Shown: in pieces, positions 8,721 through 18,299 of the stretch
Position numbering within the stretch: the first letter of the stretch is position 1
Layout: every line of letters begins with the position of its first letter
Source: Nitrospirota bacterium
GTDB lineage: Bacteria > Nitrospirota > Nitrospiria > Nitrospirales > Nitrospiraceae
DNA: 64,000 nucleotides
Assembly (NCBI GenBank): GCA_963701855.1
Contig: CAVPBK010000010.1
Coordinates: 27,265 to 91,264 of the forward strand
Reading direction: 5' to 3'
Position numbers and translations under genes: made by a program
The notes under the pieces: model-generated
What the model was told of the DNA's origin: nothing
What the model saw: only the letters and a program-made list of their open reading frames with translations
Databases searched by the model: none

Positions 8721-9092
8721 TTGACTATGCTTAGAGACATTCGTTCGACGACGTATGTCTTGATGTATTTCTTGGTTGCTCTTTCTCTAATGGGCATAGT
8801 CGTCGCTAGCCAGCAGTATTTCATTCTGCAATCAGAAAAAAAGATGATGTCGGCTCGACGAACGCTAGACGAGTCATTCATCATCGTTATGAAGGCGATA
8901 GGGGGTGAATCAAATCCGAACATGGCCAAAGAGCTGACTCATCAGAAATCGATACTCGAGGGAAGCTACTCGAGTGCAGCGGCTATGATCCATCAACTTG
9001 AGATTCGTGCGATCGCCGACTTCATTGCTTGGTGTGTGGTCTTCATGATATCCGGGTTGGCGCTTATCCTTAACCACCGTAAGCAGGCATAG
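8721..9092 (+). CDS. Putative immunity protein (two TM helices) for the Rhs toxin domain
   Basis: Directly downstream of the Rhs C-terminal domain, lower GC, hydrophobic segments at both ends. Confidence 0.6.
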   Translation: MTMLRDIRSTTYVLMYFLVALSLMGIVVASQQYFILQSEKKMMSARRTLDESFIIVMKAIGGESNPNMAKELTHQKSILEGSYSSAAAMIHQLEIRAIADFIAWCVVFMISGLALILNHRKQA

Positions 9093-9137
9093 AGGGAGAA
9101 AAAGAGGTCGAGAGTCTTTTCTTGAAAATGTTGGGGT

Positions 9138-9297
9138 AATGATGCCACGGGCAATCTCATGGCGACCATCAATCACCACTCTCCTGAGCAAAACGACCAC
9201 GACTACCGTGAACAACGCGAGCTAGCCGTTCACCATCACGGATTCCTTCGAGAAACATGACACTATTCAGCCACGCGCTGGGCCATCTGGCAAGTCA
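9138..9297 (+). pseudogene. Decayed Rhs YD-repeat fragment
   Basis: DATGNLMATI / LSKTTTTTVNNAS*PFTITD / TLFSHALGHL, with frameshifts and a stop. Confidence 0.55.
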
Positions 9298-9441
9298 GGT
9301 GGTTCATGGAAGAGCGGATGCGCTCGTGCCTTGGACACAGCACACAGCGAGCACAACCCCTTATGTATCGAGTCGTATCTCCAGAGGAAATCATCGGTTT
9401 AGATCTCGACCCGCGGAGGGGCAACCTGAGTCCCCGATTGT

Positions 9442-9636
9442 GTGGCAATCGGAGGCATCCGTAGGTGCGCGGATCTCACCGTGGTATACTCGGCCCCGTC
9501 GCGCACATCTCTGTACCAGCACCGCGCCGAAACCTGGCGTGAACCGGTACGTCTCCTCGCCGTAGGGGGTCTCGTCGGCCCCCTCGTTATGATTCTGTAC
9601 CAACCTGTCTTCCACATAGCCAACTCCATCCAGTAA
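9442..9636 (+). pseudogene. Remnant of a PilC/GspF C-terminus
   Basis: TWREPVRLLAVGGLVGPLVMILYQPVFHIANSIQ* resembles the EPxxxxxxGxxVGxxxxxxYxPxF end of GspF proteins. Confidence 0.55.
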
Positions 9637-9924
9637 CACTCCGTTACGGTTCGGACTGCTCGCTCGGTTATCTCCTTAGGCCGACCAATCAGTCTTCAGC
9701 GTATCTAGGTAGCACGCTACGGGAATGGAATGGCTGCATGCTCACCGTTCCAGTTTCTATGTCCGCCATCCGTTCGGAGGTCTTGAGTTCTCTCTAGGTA
9801 GCCGTGCTCCCCTCCGATGTGCTAGCACACAAGAGGGGATTGCACGGCAGTGGCGGCGCTTGCATCATGGTCCCGCATCGAGAGCGAACGTATGCTCCGA
9901 CACAGGGGGCGGAACTGAGCAGCC

Positions 9925-11059
9925 GTGGCGACGTTTACCTATAAGGCGGCGAAACCCAGTGGCGCGACGCTCGACGGGCAGATCGACGGAGAGGATGCGC
10001 GTACGGCACGAAGCCAGCTGGAGAGCAATGGGTACATCGTCCTCGCGCTTCGGAATCGAGACAAAACAGCGACGGCGCGTTCCAGCAGATTTCGATTCGG
10101 CGGTCCAGCTGCCGTTGCATGAGGTGTTGGTCTTCAATCAGGAACTCCTGGCCTTGCTCAAGGCCGGGCTCGCGGTGTTGCGCGTCTGGGACCTGCTGAT
10201 CGAGCGCACAAGCCAGGTCAATTTCAAGCAGGCTCTTCGTACCGTCCGGGAAGACATTCGCAGCGGCAGTGCCATGTCCGAAGCCATGAGCAAACACCCT
10301 CAATACTTCAATGAGCTCTACGTCGCCACGATCCGAGCGGGTGAGCAGTCCGGCAATCTCCCGGAAGTGTTGCAGCGCTATATCAGTTACCTCAAGCTGA
10401 TGATGGAGTTGAAGGCGAAGGTCACAAAGGCCCTCGCCTATCCGGCATTCCTGGTGATCGTCGGCGTCGGGGTGATTGGCTTCCTGGTCGGCTATGTGAT
10501 GCCCACATTCGTCAGCGTGTACGGGGAATCGTCGCAAGCCTTGCCTGTGGCGACACAAGTCTTGCTCGACCTCATCAGGGGGATTAATCAGTACTTCATT
10601 CCGGGGTTCGTGCTCTTCGTCGGAGTGAGCATCGGCTTAAAATCCTATCGCGCCACGGATGCAGGGCGACTCACAACTGATCGGTTGCTGCTCTCAGCGC
10701 CGGGCCTTGGTGTGGTGTTGACCTACCACCATACAATTCAACTCATGCGCACATTGGGCACGGTGCTCGCCGGGGGGATTCCCGCCGTGGAAGCGGTACA
10801 GATTGCGGGCGTGGCCGTGTCGAACCGTTACATGGCCCGGGGATTGGCCAAAGCGGTCGAGCGCATCCGCGAAGGCACCACGCTCGCGTCAGCCATTGAG
10901 GCACAGCACGTCTTGCCGAAGCTCGCGACCGAAATGATTGCCGTCGGTGAAGAGACCGGCTCGCTCGAAACCATGCTGCGCGACATCGCCGAATTCTACG
11001 AAGGCAGTTTAGATTTGAAACTCACGCGCATGACTAAGTGGATTGTGGACGAAAAATAG
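9925..11059 (+). pseudogene. Type II secretion/type IV pilus platform protein PilC/GspF, frameshifted and 3'-truncated
   Basis: N-terminus MATFTYKA..G.IDGED (9925-10122) is in a different frame from the GspF body (AGEQSGNLPEVL, LAYPAFL, VGEETGSLETML); ends KWIVDEK* without the last TM helix. Confidence 0.8.
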
Positions 11060-11074
11060 GGACATCGCACTTTT

Positions 11075-11361
11075 TCAAGACCTTCCTGGTCCATGCGCAC
11101 CGTGTGTGTCCCTTGATCACTGTCTTTCCATCAGTATTAGGCGGCCTGGCGGTTTCCCAACGTGCGCGCGTCCAACGAGGGGAGTCCTCGACCGCGCGTT
11201 GCGCGAGCACAGAAACTATCTGGTCTATCCTCTTTCCCTTAAGCTCGCACGCGTTCTCTCTCCAGGAATGGCACCCGTGCTGGTCTCACTGCGGCCGTCG
11301 AGCGAGCACATTCTGATCGTGCGCGCTCCGGGAGCAAGGGACCAGCACGAGTGCCATTCCT
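11075..11361 (-). repeat. Repeat family C, inverted copy
   Basis: Hairpin about 11264-11361 with the same inner stem as 7859-7887; CTCGTTGGACGCGCGCACG on the minus strand at 11161-11179; left boundary approximate. Confidence 0.7.
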
Positions 11362-11364
11362 CAT

Positions 11365-12123
11365 TTACTGCTGAATCGCGGAGAGCCGCCACTTCCCTTC
11401 TTGGATTCGCATGAAGGTCCAGGCTTCGCCGGATTCGGTCGGTATCTCTTCGCTGCCTTCGACGAGATAGCCTGGTTCTCCGCGCTGCTTCGTCAGAGAC
11501 AGGTTGTAGTCACGGGCACTCCAGCGAAGCCCTGCCGTCACGTACTGCCTCGCCTGTTCGGTCCAGACTTCTAGGATTTCAGCACGGAGGAGTACCACAT
11601 CTTCGACATGGTTCTGGATGTCTTGACTGGTATTGTCGGCGAGGGCGGCGCTGAAATAATTCAGCATCTCCGGCGTGACGAGCTGCCGCAACTCGGTGAG
11701 ATCCTGATTACTCCAGGCCTTCTGAACATCTATCAGGAGTTGTTGAAAGTCTGCTTTGTCAGTGGAGGTCACACTATCAACCGATAATTTCTGTCTGGTT
11801 GTGGCGGACCGCTTTGTCGGCGGATTGTCGTTGGACGGGTCGCGGCCTGTGATCCCGGAAAAGTCAGGGAGGGAGGGCCGTTGTATTTTCAGGAAATAAA
11901 AAACCGTCACAGCCGCCACGAGCAGGAGGATCAGCAGGATTCCGGCAGAGCTGAAATCTTGAGTGGTGTGGTTGGTTTCTGGAGCAGGCGTGTCGGCATC
12001 GGTGGTCTGTGCGCTGCTGTTCGTCGCTCTGAAGAGCAGATCGCCGATCAATAATCCGGCGACTCCAGCTACGAGGCCAGCCGGCAGGGGAGAACCTTGT
12101 AGAATGAGTGTCGTTGTGTTCAA
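11365..12123 (-). CDS. Tim44/TimA-like domain membrane protein
   Basis: TM segments then DVQKAWSNQDLTELRQLVTPEM ... EAWTFMR..GKWRLSAIQQ. Confidence 0.8.
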   Translation of the reverse strand: MNTTTLILQGSPLPAGLVAGVAGLLIGDLLFRATNSSAQTTDADTPAPETNHTTQDFSSAGILLILLLVAAVTVFYFLKIQRPSLPDFSGITGRDPSNDNPPTKRSATTRQKLSVDSVTSTDKADFQQLLIDVQKAWSNQDLTELRQLVTPEMLNYFSAALADNTSQDIQNHVEDVVLLRAEILEVWTEQARQYVTAGLRWSARDYNLSLTKQRGEPGYLVEGSEEIPTESGEAWTFMRIQEGKWRLSAIQQ

Positions 12124-12309
12124 GGCAAGCTCCCCGTTATCGGTATCGTTGCCGACCCATGCGCCCGCATCATAATCCTAGCAGCAATGGTCCCTTGAAA
12201 ATGAAAAATTCGAAGATAGAGACCGGAGCGTGAGTTATTGGTGCCGGAGGGATCAACTACATTGATAAATTACTTGAGGTATCTATGCGAAGTGAATTGA
12301 AATAATAGA

Positions 12310-13056
12310 TTATTGTGTTACGGATTTTTGGGCAGCACGGATGGCAAGCTCCTCGGGTATGAGGTAACGTCTTGGTCCTAAAATCGCAGTACCGACGCGG
12401 ACCAGGGTTGCACCTTCGGCAATGGCGATATCCATATCTTCTGACATTCCCATGGAGAGTGTGTCGAGTTCGTATCCATCCCGCTTGAGCTGATCATACA
12501 GTTTCCAGAGCATATGGAACTGGCTGCGTTGCAAGGCTGTGGCAGTGGTGAGCTCAGGGACGGCCATCAACCCGCGCAATTTCAGGCGGGGCAGGCGAAT
12601 GACATGGGCCGCCAGCTGGGCCAGCTCTCCAGGCGCCACACCGCTTTTACTATTTTCTCCACTTACGTTTACTTGCAGGCAGATTTGCAAGGGCGGCAGT
12701 GATTCGGGCCGGTCTTTCGCCAGGCGGTCGGCAATTTTTATTCTATCGACACTGTGAACCCAGACGAAATTTTCCGTGATGCGTTTGGTCTTATTACTTT
12801 GTATCGGGCCGATGAAATGCCATTCAATCGGCAAATCGGTCAGGGCGGGCATTTTTGCCAGCGCTTCCTGCAGATAGTTCTCGCCAAAAATCGTTTGTCC
12901 AGCCTGCCAGGCTTCCCGCACTCGCTCGGCAGGGTGAGTCTTACTCGCGACCAGCAGCGTGATCTCATCCGGTGACCGGCCGACTGATTGCGCGACTTTG
13001 GCAATGCGGTCTCTGACTGCCTGTAAGCGTGAGGCGACTGTTGCGATCTGCTCCAT
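12310..13056 (-). CDS. yggS: PLP homeostasis protein (YggS/PLPBP)
   Basis: LLVASKT, FGENYLQEA, WHFIGPIQSNK, LSMGMSED, VRVGTAI; start ATG 13056 overlaps the cfa stop. Confidence 0.92.
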   Translation of the reverse strand: MEQIATVASRLQAVRDRIAKVAQSVGRSPDEITLLVASKTHPAERVREAWQAGQTIFGENYLQEALAKMPALTDLPIEWHFIGPIQSNKTKRITENFVWVHSVDRIKIADRLAKDRPESLPPLQICLQVNVSGENSKSGVAPGELAQLAAHVIRLPRLKLRGLMAVPELTTATALQRSQFHMLWKLYDQLKRDGYELDTLSMGMSEDMDIAIAEGATLVRVGTAILGPRRYLIPEELAIRAAQKSVTQ

Positions 13057-14243
13057 TAGCGGTACAGGTGCTCGCGTGTGAGGGGCAAGGTATTGTTTAG
13101 ACCGTTTGTAAACAGGACATGGTAGAGCCGCATGTCCCCATAGCGAAAATTGGCGGCACATCCATTGAGAAACATCCGCCACATGCGAACGAAGGAGGCA
13201 TCGTACATCGCCTCGACCTTTTTGACGTGGACCTCGAATCGTGCGCTCCACTCCTCAAGCGTTCGTGCATAGTGCAGGCGAAGGTTTTCGACGTCCGTCG
13301 GAATGAGTTTGACTTCGCACATGGTCCGTACGATTTCGTCGAGCGAGGGAATGTATCCACCGGGGAAAATGTATTTCAACGTCCAGGGATCGCCGGGTAT
13401 TGGCAGCTCTTGTCCGATGGTGTGGAGTAGCCCAATGCCGCCGGGATTCAAGATCGACCGCACCTTCTCCATAAATGTCGGAATGAATTGCTTTCCCACA
13501 TGTTCAAACATTCCAATAGATACGAATTTATCGAACTTGCCTTGGAGGTTCCGATAATCCTCAAACACGATCGAAATCTCTTTGGACAGACCCTGGCGCT
13601 TCACGAGATCGACCGCATACTCAATTTGCTGTTTCGACAATGAGCATCCGACGCCTCGTACGCCGTAGTGTTTCGCCGCGTAGATCAGCATCCCACCCCA
13701 GCCGCAGCCGACGTCGATCAGTGTTTCCCCGGCCTTTAACTGAAGTTTCCGGCAAATGTGTTCATACTTCTGTTGCTGTGCTTGCTCGAGCGTGTCGTGC
13801 TCATAGCGGAAATAGGCACAGGAATACGCCATGCTTTCGTCAAGCCACAGCTTATAGAAGTCATTCCCGCGATCGTAATGGTGGGCCACGTGTTTCGTCG
13901 AACGCGAGAGCGTGTTGAGCGATGTCTTGCGTAGGTGCGTAATGGCGAGCTTCGCTTTCAATCCGAGAGGCAGATTGAGGAACGCGGCGTCCGCTCCGAA
14001 CCGGAGTAGTTGCCTGAAATCGCCCTCCACCTGAATATCTCCTGCCATATATTCTTCGCCAAAGCCCAACGAGCCGCTTTCGAGGATATGCTCTGCCGAG
14101 CGCTTCGTAACAAAGGTGAGAATGAACTGTGGCTCACCGGCGCCGTACGATTTTTTCACTCCATCCCAAAACTGCACCTGAAATGAAACGTCCCGGGTGT
14201 GATTGCTCAATTGTTCGAAGAGTTGCTCGAATGTTTTTCGCAT
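13056..14243 (-). CDS. cfa: Cyclopropane-fatty-acyl-phospholipid synthase family methyltransferase
   Basis: HHYDRGNDFY, MAYSCAYF, DVGCGWGG, SIGMFEHVG, YIFPGG; SD GAGGAGG. Confidence 0.9.
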   Translation of the reverse strand: MRKTFEQLFEQLSNHTRDVSFQVQFWDGVKKSYGAGEPQFILTFVTKRSAEHILESGSLGFGEEYMAGDIQVEGDFRQLLRFGADAAFLNLPLGLKAKLAITHLRKTSLNTLSRSTKHVAHHYDRGNDFYKLWLDESMAYSCAYFRYEHDTLEQAQQQKYEHICRKLQLKAGETLIDVGCGWGGMLIYAAKHYGVRGVGCSLSKQQIEYAVDLVKRQGLSKEISIVFEDYRNLQGKFDKFVSIGMFEHVGKQFIPTFMEKVRSILNPGGIGLLHTIGQELPIPGDPWTLKYIFPGGYIPSLDEIVRTMCEVKLIPTDVENLRLHYARTLEEWSARFEVHVKKVEAMYDASFVRMWRMFLNGCAANFRYGDMRLYHVLFTNGLNNTLPLTREHLYR

Positions 14244-14378
14244 AATCCTCCTCTACCTGTTGATAGGGCTTTGCGTTGAGGGGCAGCCCGAACCGCCTCA
14301 AGAGGCCCTGTCAGGTGCCTGTGATAAGCTCTTTTCCCAGCCCTTGTCAAGATGCTCCTGCGGAAGGGGGCAAGCCGA

Positions 14379-14544
14379 TTAATCCGCATGAGTCATGAGC
14401 GCTTCTGTGGCAATTGAGAGTGTTCTGGCGCAAGGCAAGGGGAGAAGACTTCCGGTCGGGAACCACGGATCTTTTCTCTAGCTCCTAGCCTGGCGCTCCT
14501 TGCTGGGTTTCCACACGATTTGGCGGCGAACCGTCATGAAGAAT
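14379..14544 (+). repeat. Degenerate family B copy
   Basis: CCGCATGAGTCATGAGCGCTTCTG ... GCGAACCGTCATGAAGAATG match the family B ends. Confidence 0.55.
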
Positions 14545-14697
14545 GAAAGTGAGACCGGTGTGAATATGCAAGATGAACAGCATTGCTTGTCTCAATCGCG
14601 TGGGGGTTGTTTTTTATCAAAGAATAGCTGAGAATGCAGTTCGGTCATCGCTTAGCAATAATTGGTCAATTCACTCAATAACCACACAAGAGGCACA

Positions 14698-15090
14698 ATG
14701 ATGAAGTTGCAAAATATAATGTGGGTAGCAGCAGTGTTGGTTATCCCTGCCAACGTCTGGGCTTATGGTGACAACAGTGCTGGCGGCAGTGGTGCAGGGA
14801 TTTGTAAAAAAGTGAATTTTTCTGAATTTTCGCCGGTGAATAATTCGGAAACGGCCCCACGATCGGAGTTTTCATTTTATGCGTCAGAGTCAACCTTTCC
14901 GAAGAGTATTAAGGTGACGATAAAAGGCCAGTCCGTACCACTCACCGTGGTCCAAAAACAAAGTGGGTATAAGGTCTCCGGCAAAATTCCTGACTCAGTC
15001 AAAGGGACCTACGCGAAAATTAACATTGATGCTAAAGGCATCGCTCAATGTGAAGTCAGCGACGGATGGCTGGTAAAAGTCACTGAATAA
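14698..15090 (+). CDS. Exported hypothetical beta-rich protein
   Basis: Signal peptide, two Cys, lower GC than flanks. Confidence 0.65.
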   Translation: MMKLQNIMWVAAVLVIPANVWAYGDNSAGGSGAGICKKVNFSEFSPVNNSETAPRSEFSFYASESTFPKSIKVTIKGQSVPLTVVQKQSGYKVSGKIPDSVKGTYAKINIDAKGIAQCEVSDGWLVKVTE

Positions 15091-15168
15091 TACCGGCAGC
15101 GGACGTATGTAGCGATTTGGTTCTGCCCCAGAAGTGAATTGTCTGGCGGGATACTTTCGTAGGTAGTA

Positions 15169-15202
15169 TGTGAGGGGGTCAGGTCAACCTGACCCCCTCA
15201 CA
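15169..15202. repeat. Perfect 16-bp palindrome (REP-like or terminator)
   Basis: TGTGAGGGGGTCAGGT-CA-ACCTGACCCCCTCACA. Confidence 0.7.
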
Positions 15203-15284
15203 GTTTTCTGGATGGTCTTCAAAAGCATTTCTTGCTGAGGTTGTTGGCATCACCCTTCTGGTCCCATCGCCGAAAGGCAAAGCA

Positions 15285-15413
15285 CTGGCCAGCATTATTC
15301 ATGATGGTTCATCGCGAAATCGCTGAGCCGAGTCGCGAGCCCGCTGGCCGCTGGCTTGTCGAAGCAGCGGGTCGGCGATTGCAGCAGAAGTGTTCATGAA
15401 TAAGGCGGGCTAG
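15285..15413 (-). repeat. Repeat family B, minimal 129-bp copy
   Basis: CTGGCCAGCATTATTCATGA ... TTCATGAATAAGGCGGGCTAG; opposite orientation to the 3455 copy. Confidence 0.8.
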
Positions 15414-15453
15414 ATCGGTCAACATTTTCTTGGGGGATGCGGTCGAACGCAAT

Positions 15454-15568
15454 CAGGGCAGGTTCCGACCATAACGGTCGGAACCTGCCCTGGTCTTGTC
15501 TTGTATCTTGTCCAGAGAGAGGGATGGTCTCAACGGCTGCAGGTGATCCGCTTGTAGCGGATCACCTG
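15454..15568. terminator. Two perfect hairpins (17-bp and 13-bp stems) downstream of the peroxidase gene
   Basis: CAGGGCAGGTTCCGACC-ataac-GGTCGGAACCTGCCCTG and CAGGTGATCCGCT-tgt-AGCGGATCACCTG. Confidence 0.55.
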
Positions 15569-15581
15569 TGTTGTTCCAGTT

Positions 15582-16667
15582 CTATTGAGGGTAGGATGTT
15601 GGCGGTATGACATGTTGCCACCCTTCGCCATTCAGCGTGCGAAGAAACGCCAGGAGATCCTGCTTCTCTTGGTCCGTTAGTTCGAGCGGAAGGATCAACG
15701 GATCTTGGTGAGGATTCTTGACGCCGCCCTGATTGTAAAAGTTCACGACGGCTTCAAGCGTTTTGAAGCGACCATCATGCATATAGGGTGCGCTTCGTGA
15801 AATCTCCCGCAAGGTCGGGGTTTTAAATGCGCCGAGTTCCTCAGCGTTCTTGGTCACCATGTAGCGGCCAAGATCCACTTTGTTGTCGTCCCAGCCGATG
15901 CCGAGGTTGTGAAACTTTTCGTCAGTGAAGTTGAATCCGGAGTGGCACTTTGTGCACCGTGCTTTATCCCGGAATAGGAGGAGGCCTCTTTGAGCCGCTT
16001 CTGGGATTGCTGCTGCTTCCTGTCCCTGATCGAACTTGTCTGCCGGGCTGTTGCCGGAGAGGACGGTGCGCTGGAAGCTGGCGATAGCCTTGCCCACATT
16101 GCCAATCGTGATGTCTTCGCCGAAGGCTTGCATGAAGAGGGTTTTATAACCGGGGATCTTTTTCATTTTCGCAATCATGACATCGTAATTGACAAAGCCG
16201 TGTTCGATTGGATTCGTAAAGGGGCCGATGGATTGATCTTCCAAAGTGGCGGCCCGTCCGTCCCAAAATTGAGCGCTGCTGAACACTCGGTTAAAGGACG
16301 CCGGCGCGCTACGTCCGCCCTTTTGGCCCTTGATACCTGCGGAGACTGGTTGGCCGTCGGTAAAACCAAATTTCGCCAGGTGGCAACTCGCACAGGCGAT
16401 CGTGTTGTCATCCGATAACCGCCTGTCGAAGAACAAGAACCGGCCTAACTCGACTTTCTGAGTCGTCATGGGATTATTGGGAGGAATGACCACGGCACTC
16501 TCTTCCAGGCCAAAAGGAAGCTTGAGTTTGTAATCGGTCGCCGTTGCGACCCAGGGCGACAGCATCGCCACTGAGCTGATGGCCAAGGCTCCGAAAAAGC
16601 ACTTGCGCAACAGCGAAGAACCTCCGACTGTCTGTCGGAGTTCTGGTTTCGGTACGGCTGGCTTCAT
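15582..16667 (-). CDS. Di-heme cytochrome c peroxidase (CCP/MauG family)
   Basis: LGRFLFFDRRLS, CASCH, QFWDGRA, CTKCH, FKTPTLR, PYMHDG; SD AAAGGAG before ATG 16667; export signal. Confidence 0.9.
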   Translation of the reverse strand: MKPAVPKPELRQTVGGSSLLRKCFFGALAISSVAMLSPWVATATDYKLKLPFGLEESAVVIPPNNPMTTQKVELGRFLFFDRRLSDDNTIACASCHLAKFGFTDGQPVSAGIKGQKGGRSAPASFNRVFSSAQFWDGRAATLEDQSIGPFTNPIEHGFVNYDVMIAKMKKIPGYKTLFMQAFGEDITIGNVGKAIASFQRTVLSGNSPADKFDQGQEAAAIPEAAQRGLLLFRDKARCTKCHSGFNFTDEKFHNLGIGWDDNKVDLGRYMVTKNAEELGAFKTPTLREISRSAPYMHDGRFKTLEAVVNFYNQGGVKNPHQDPLILPLELTDQEKQDLLAFLRTLNGEGWQHVIPPTSYPQ

Positions 16668-17185
16668 TGTGGCTCCTTTCGTTTGGGTTGTCATGGCATG
16701 TGGCCTATGCCCTTGATAGGCTTTCAGTCGTTTTTCGTTATTTTCCGCACGGGATCGAATCATTCGAGGCTCGGAGCGTTTGGGGAACTTTTCATGGCGC
16801 GAATCGTAGCTATCACGCTCTTTCTTTGCAAGTTCTTTTTTCAGCAATCCCGCACCTGCTCTCCTGATCTGTGAAGCTGCTCTTCGGCATGTTGATTGGT
16901 GCTGATCCTGCTGGGCTCTAAGATTAGACCCAGGTACGCAGTCTCGAATGTTTTTTCGACCGTGAGGCATCTCGTTGCAGAAGCCTAGCTGGTATGTCGG
17001 GGTAAGGCGCGGCTGTTTGTGGAGGCTAGTGAGGGTGGAGAAAACTCCAGTTCGATGAAAAATAATTTCGTAAGCTGTTGATTGTTCAAGGAGTATGCTT
17101 TTGATGGAGGGCTTCTCTACGGCATTAACGACAGAAGTGAGCAGCATGTCAATTAGGCCAGTCCACTCGACCCACCATTTGGCCG

Positions 17186-17554
17186 TTATCTTATCGAAGT
17201 ACGCGCTTCTTCTATCAGCGCTGCAAGCTCAGGTGGAATCGGCATGCTTTTCAATGGGGTGACGTTTGTACCGCCTGTGTTTCCCTGAGGCACCAGACCA
17301 ATAGCAGTGCCTATGGCTGCACCAGCGATGCGCAGCAGCTGACCCAGAGACTCTCGGACGTCACGCTGACGAATCCCCCAGAGGAACATATGCCAATGCA
17401 CGCGAACATGCTCAACTGTTGATGTTTGCCCAAGTATGTGGGCACGCTCCAGGTGCGAGAAGGCGACATCTGGTTGCCCTTGTGCTTCAGCTTGATATGC
17501 AGCAAGAATTTCCCGCTCCACGTACGGGCGGATGCGGCGACCGAACTCGCTCAC
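17186..17554 (-). CDS. DUF3703-like protein
   Basis: AFSHLERAHILGQ..HVRVHWHM..GNTGGTNV..MPIPPEL. Confidence 0.75.
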   Translation of the reverse strand: MSEFGRRIRPYVEREILAAYQAEAQGQPDVAFSHLERAHILGQTSTVEHVRVHWHMFLWGIRQRDVRESLGQLLRIAGAAIGTAIGLVPQGNTGGTNVTPLKSMPIPPELAALIEEARTSIR

Positions 17555-17658
17555 TCACCTCTCCTTGGTGCCCACCTCATGACACATGAGATGATTTTGC
17601 TTTTATAGTCTAACTGTCTTCATTGTGGTTTCTGTCCGCCCAATTACTTGTGTGCGCG

Positions 17659-18078
17659 TTAAGCCGCCACAAATTTCAGTGCCACGCCGTTGATGCAGTA
17701 GCGCAGGCCAGTCGGCTTGGGGCCGTCCTTAAAGATATGGCCTTGATGCCCCTCGCAGCGGGCGCAGTGGACTTCGGTCCTTGGGAAAATCAGTTTGTAA
17801 TCGGTCGTGCTTTCGACCACACGAGGATCGATTGGTTGCCAGAAGCTGGGCCAGCCGGTTCCACTGTCGAACTTGTGTTCTGAAGAATAGGCCGGGAGGT
17901 CACAGCCTGCGCAGTAGTAGATGCCGGTTTTTTTGTTGTCATGCATGTTGTCGGTAAAGGGGCGTTCGGTATTCTCATGCCGTAGGACCCGGTAGGCCTC
18001 CGGCGCGAGAAGTTTCTTCCACTCCTCGTCGGTTTTTACGACTTTAACCATCTGACCGATCTCAACCTTTGGCGGCAT
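17659..18078 (-). CDS. msrB: Peptide methionine-R-sulfoxide reductase
   Basis: TERPF, CAGC, KFDSGTGWPSF, CARC, GHIFKDGP, RYCING; SD AAAGGAG before ATG 18078. Confidence 0.95.
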   Translation of the reverse strand: MPPKVEIGQMVKVVKTDEEWKKLLAPEAYRVLRHENTERPFTDNMHDNKKTGIYYCAGCDLPAYSSEHKFDSGTGWPSFWQPIDPRVVESTTDYKLIFPRTEVHCARCEGHQGHIFKDGPKPTGLRYCINGVALKFVAA

Positions 18079-18299
18079 GGCGTTGCTCCTTTCTTGTCTG
18101 GTCGCTCCCACGTAAGTCGAGGGACTTGAAGTATCCTTACACAGGGATTGGTTTGGGAGCAAGGATGCGGAAAAACACAGCGCGAGACATGCGGACTCGC
18201 TAGACTGGCGGGACAGGCGGCATACTCGAAATCAGAGTTTGTGTGTGATGCTTGTCGCGCCTTTCTCGCACATCTCGCGAGTCACGCGTTGCAGTCCGT

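Noticed and set aside
9725..10100. N-terminal part of the 444-aa ORF as a real PilC start
   Set aside because: The PilC-like N-terminus is in another frame from GTG 9925; the long ORF results from the frameshift.
16668..17147. 160-aa N-terminal extension of the cytochrome c peroxidase
   Set aside because: The sequence is not protein-like, and a good SD and export signal start at 16667.
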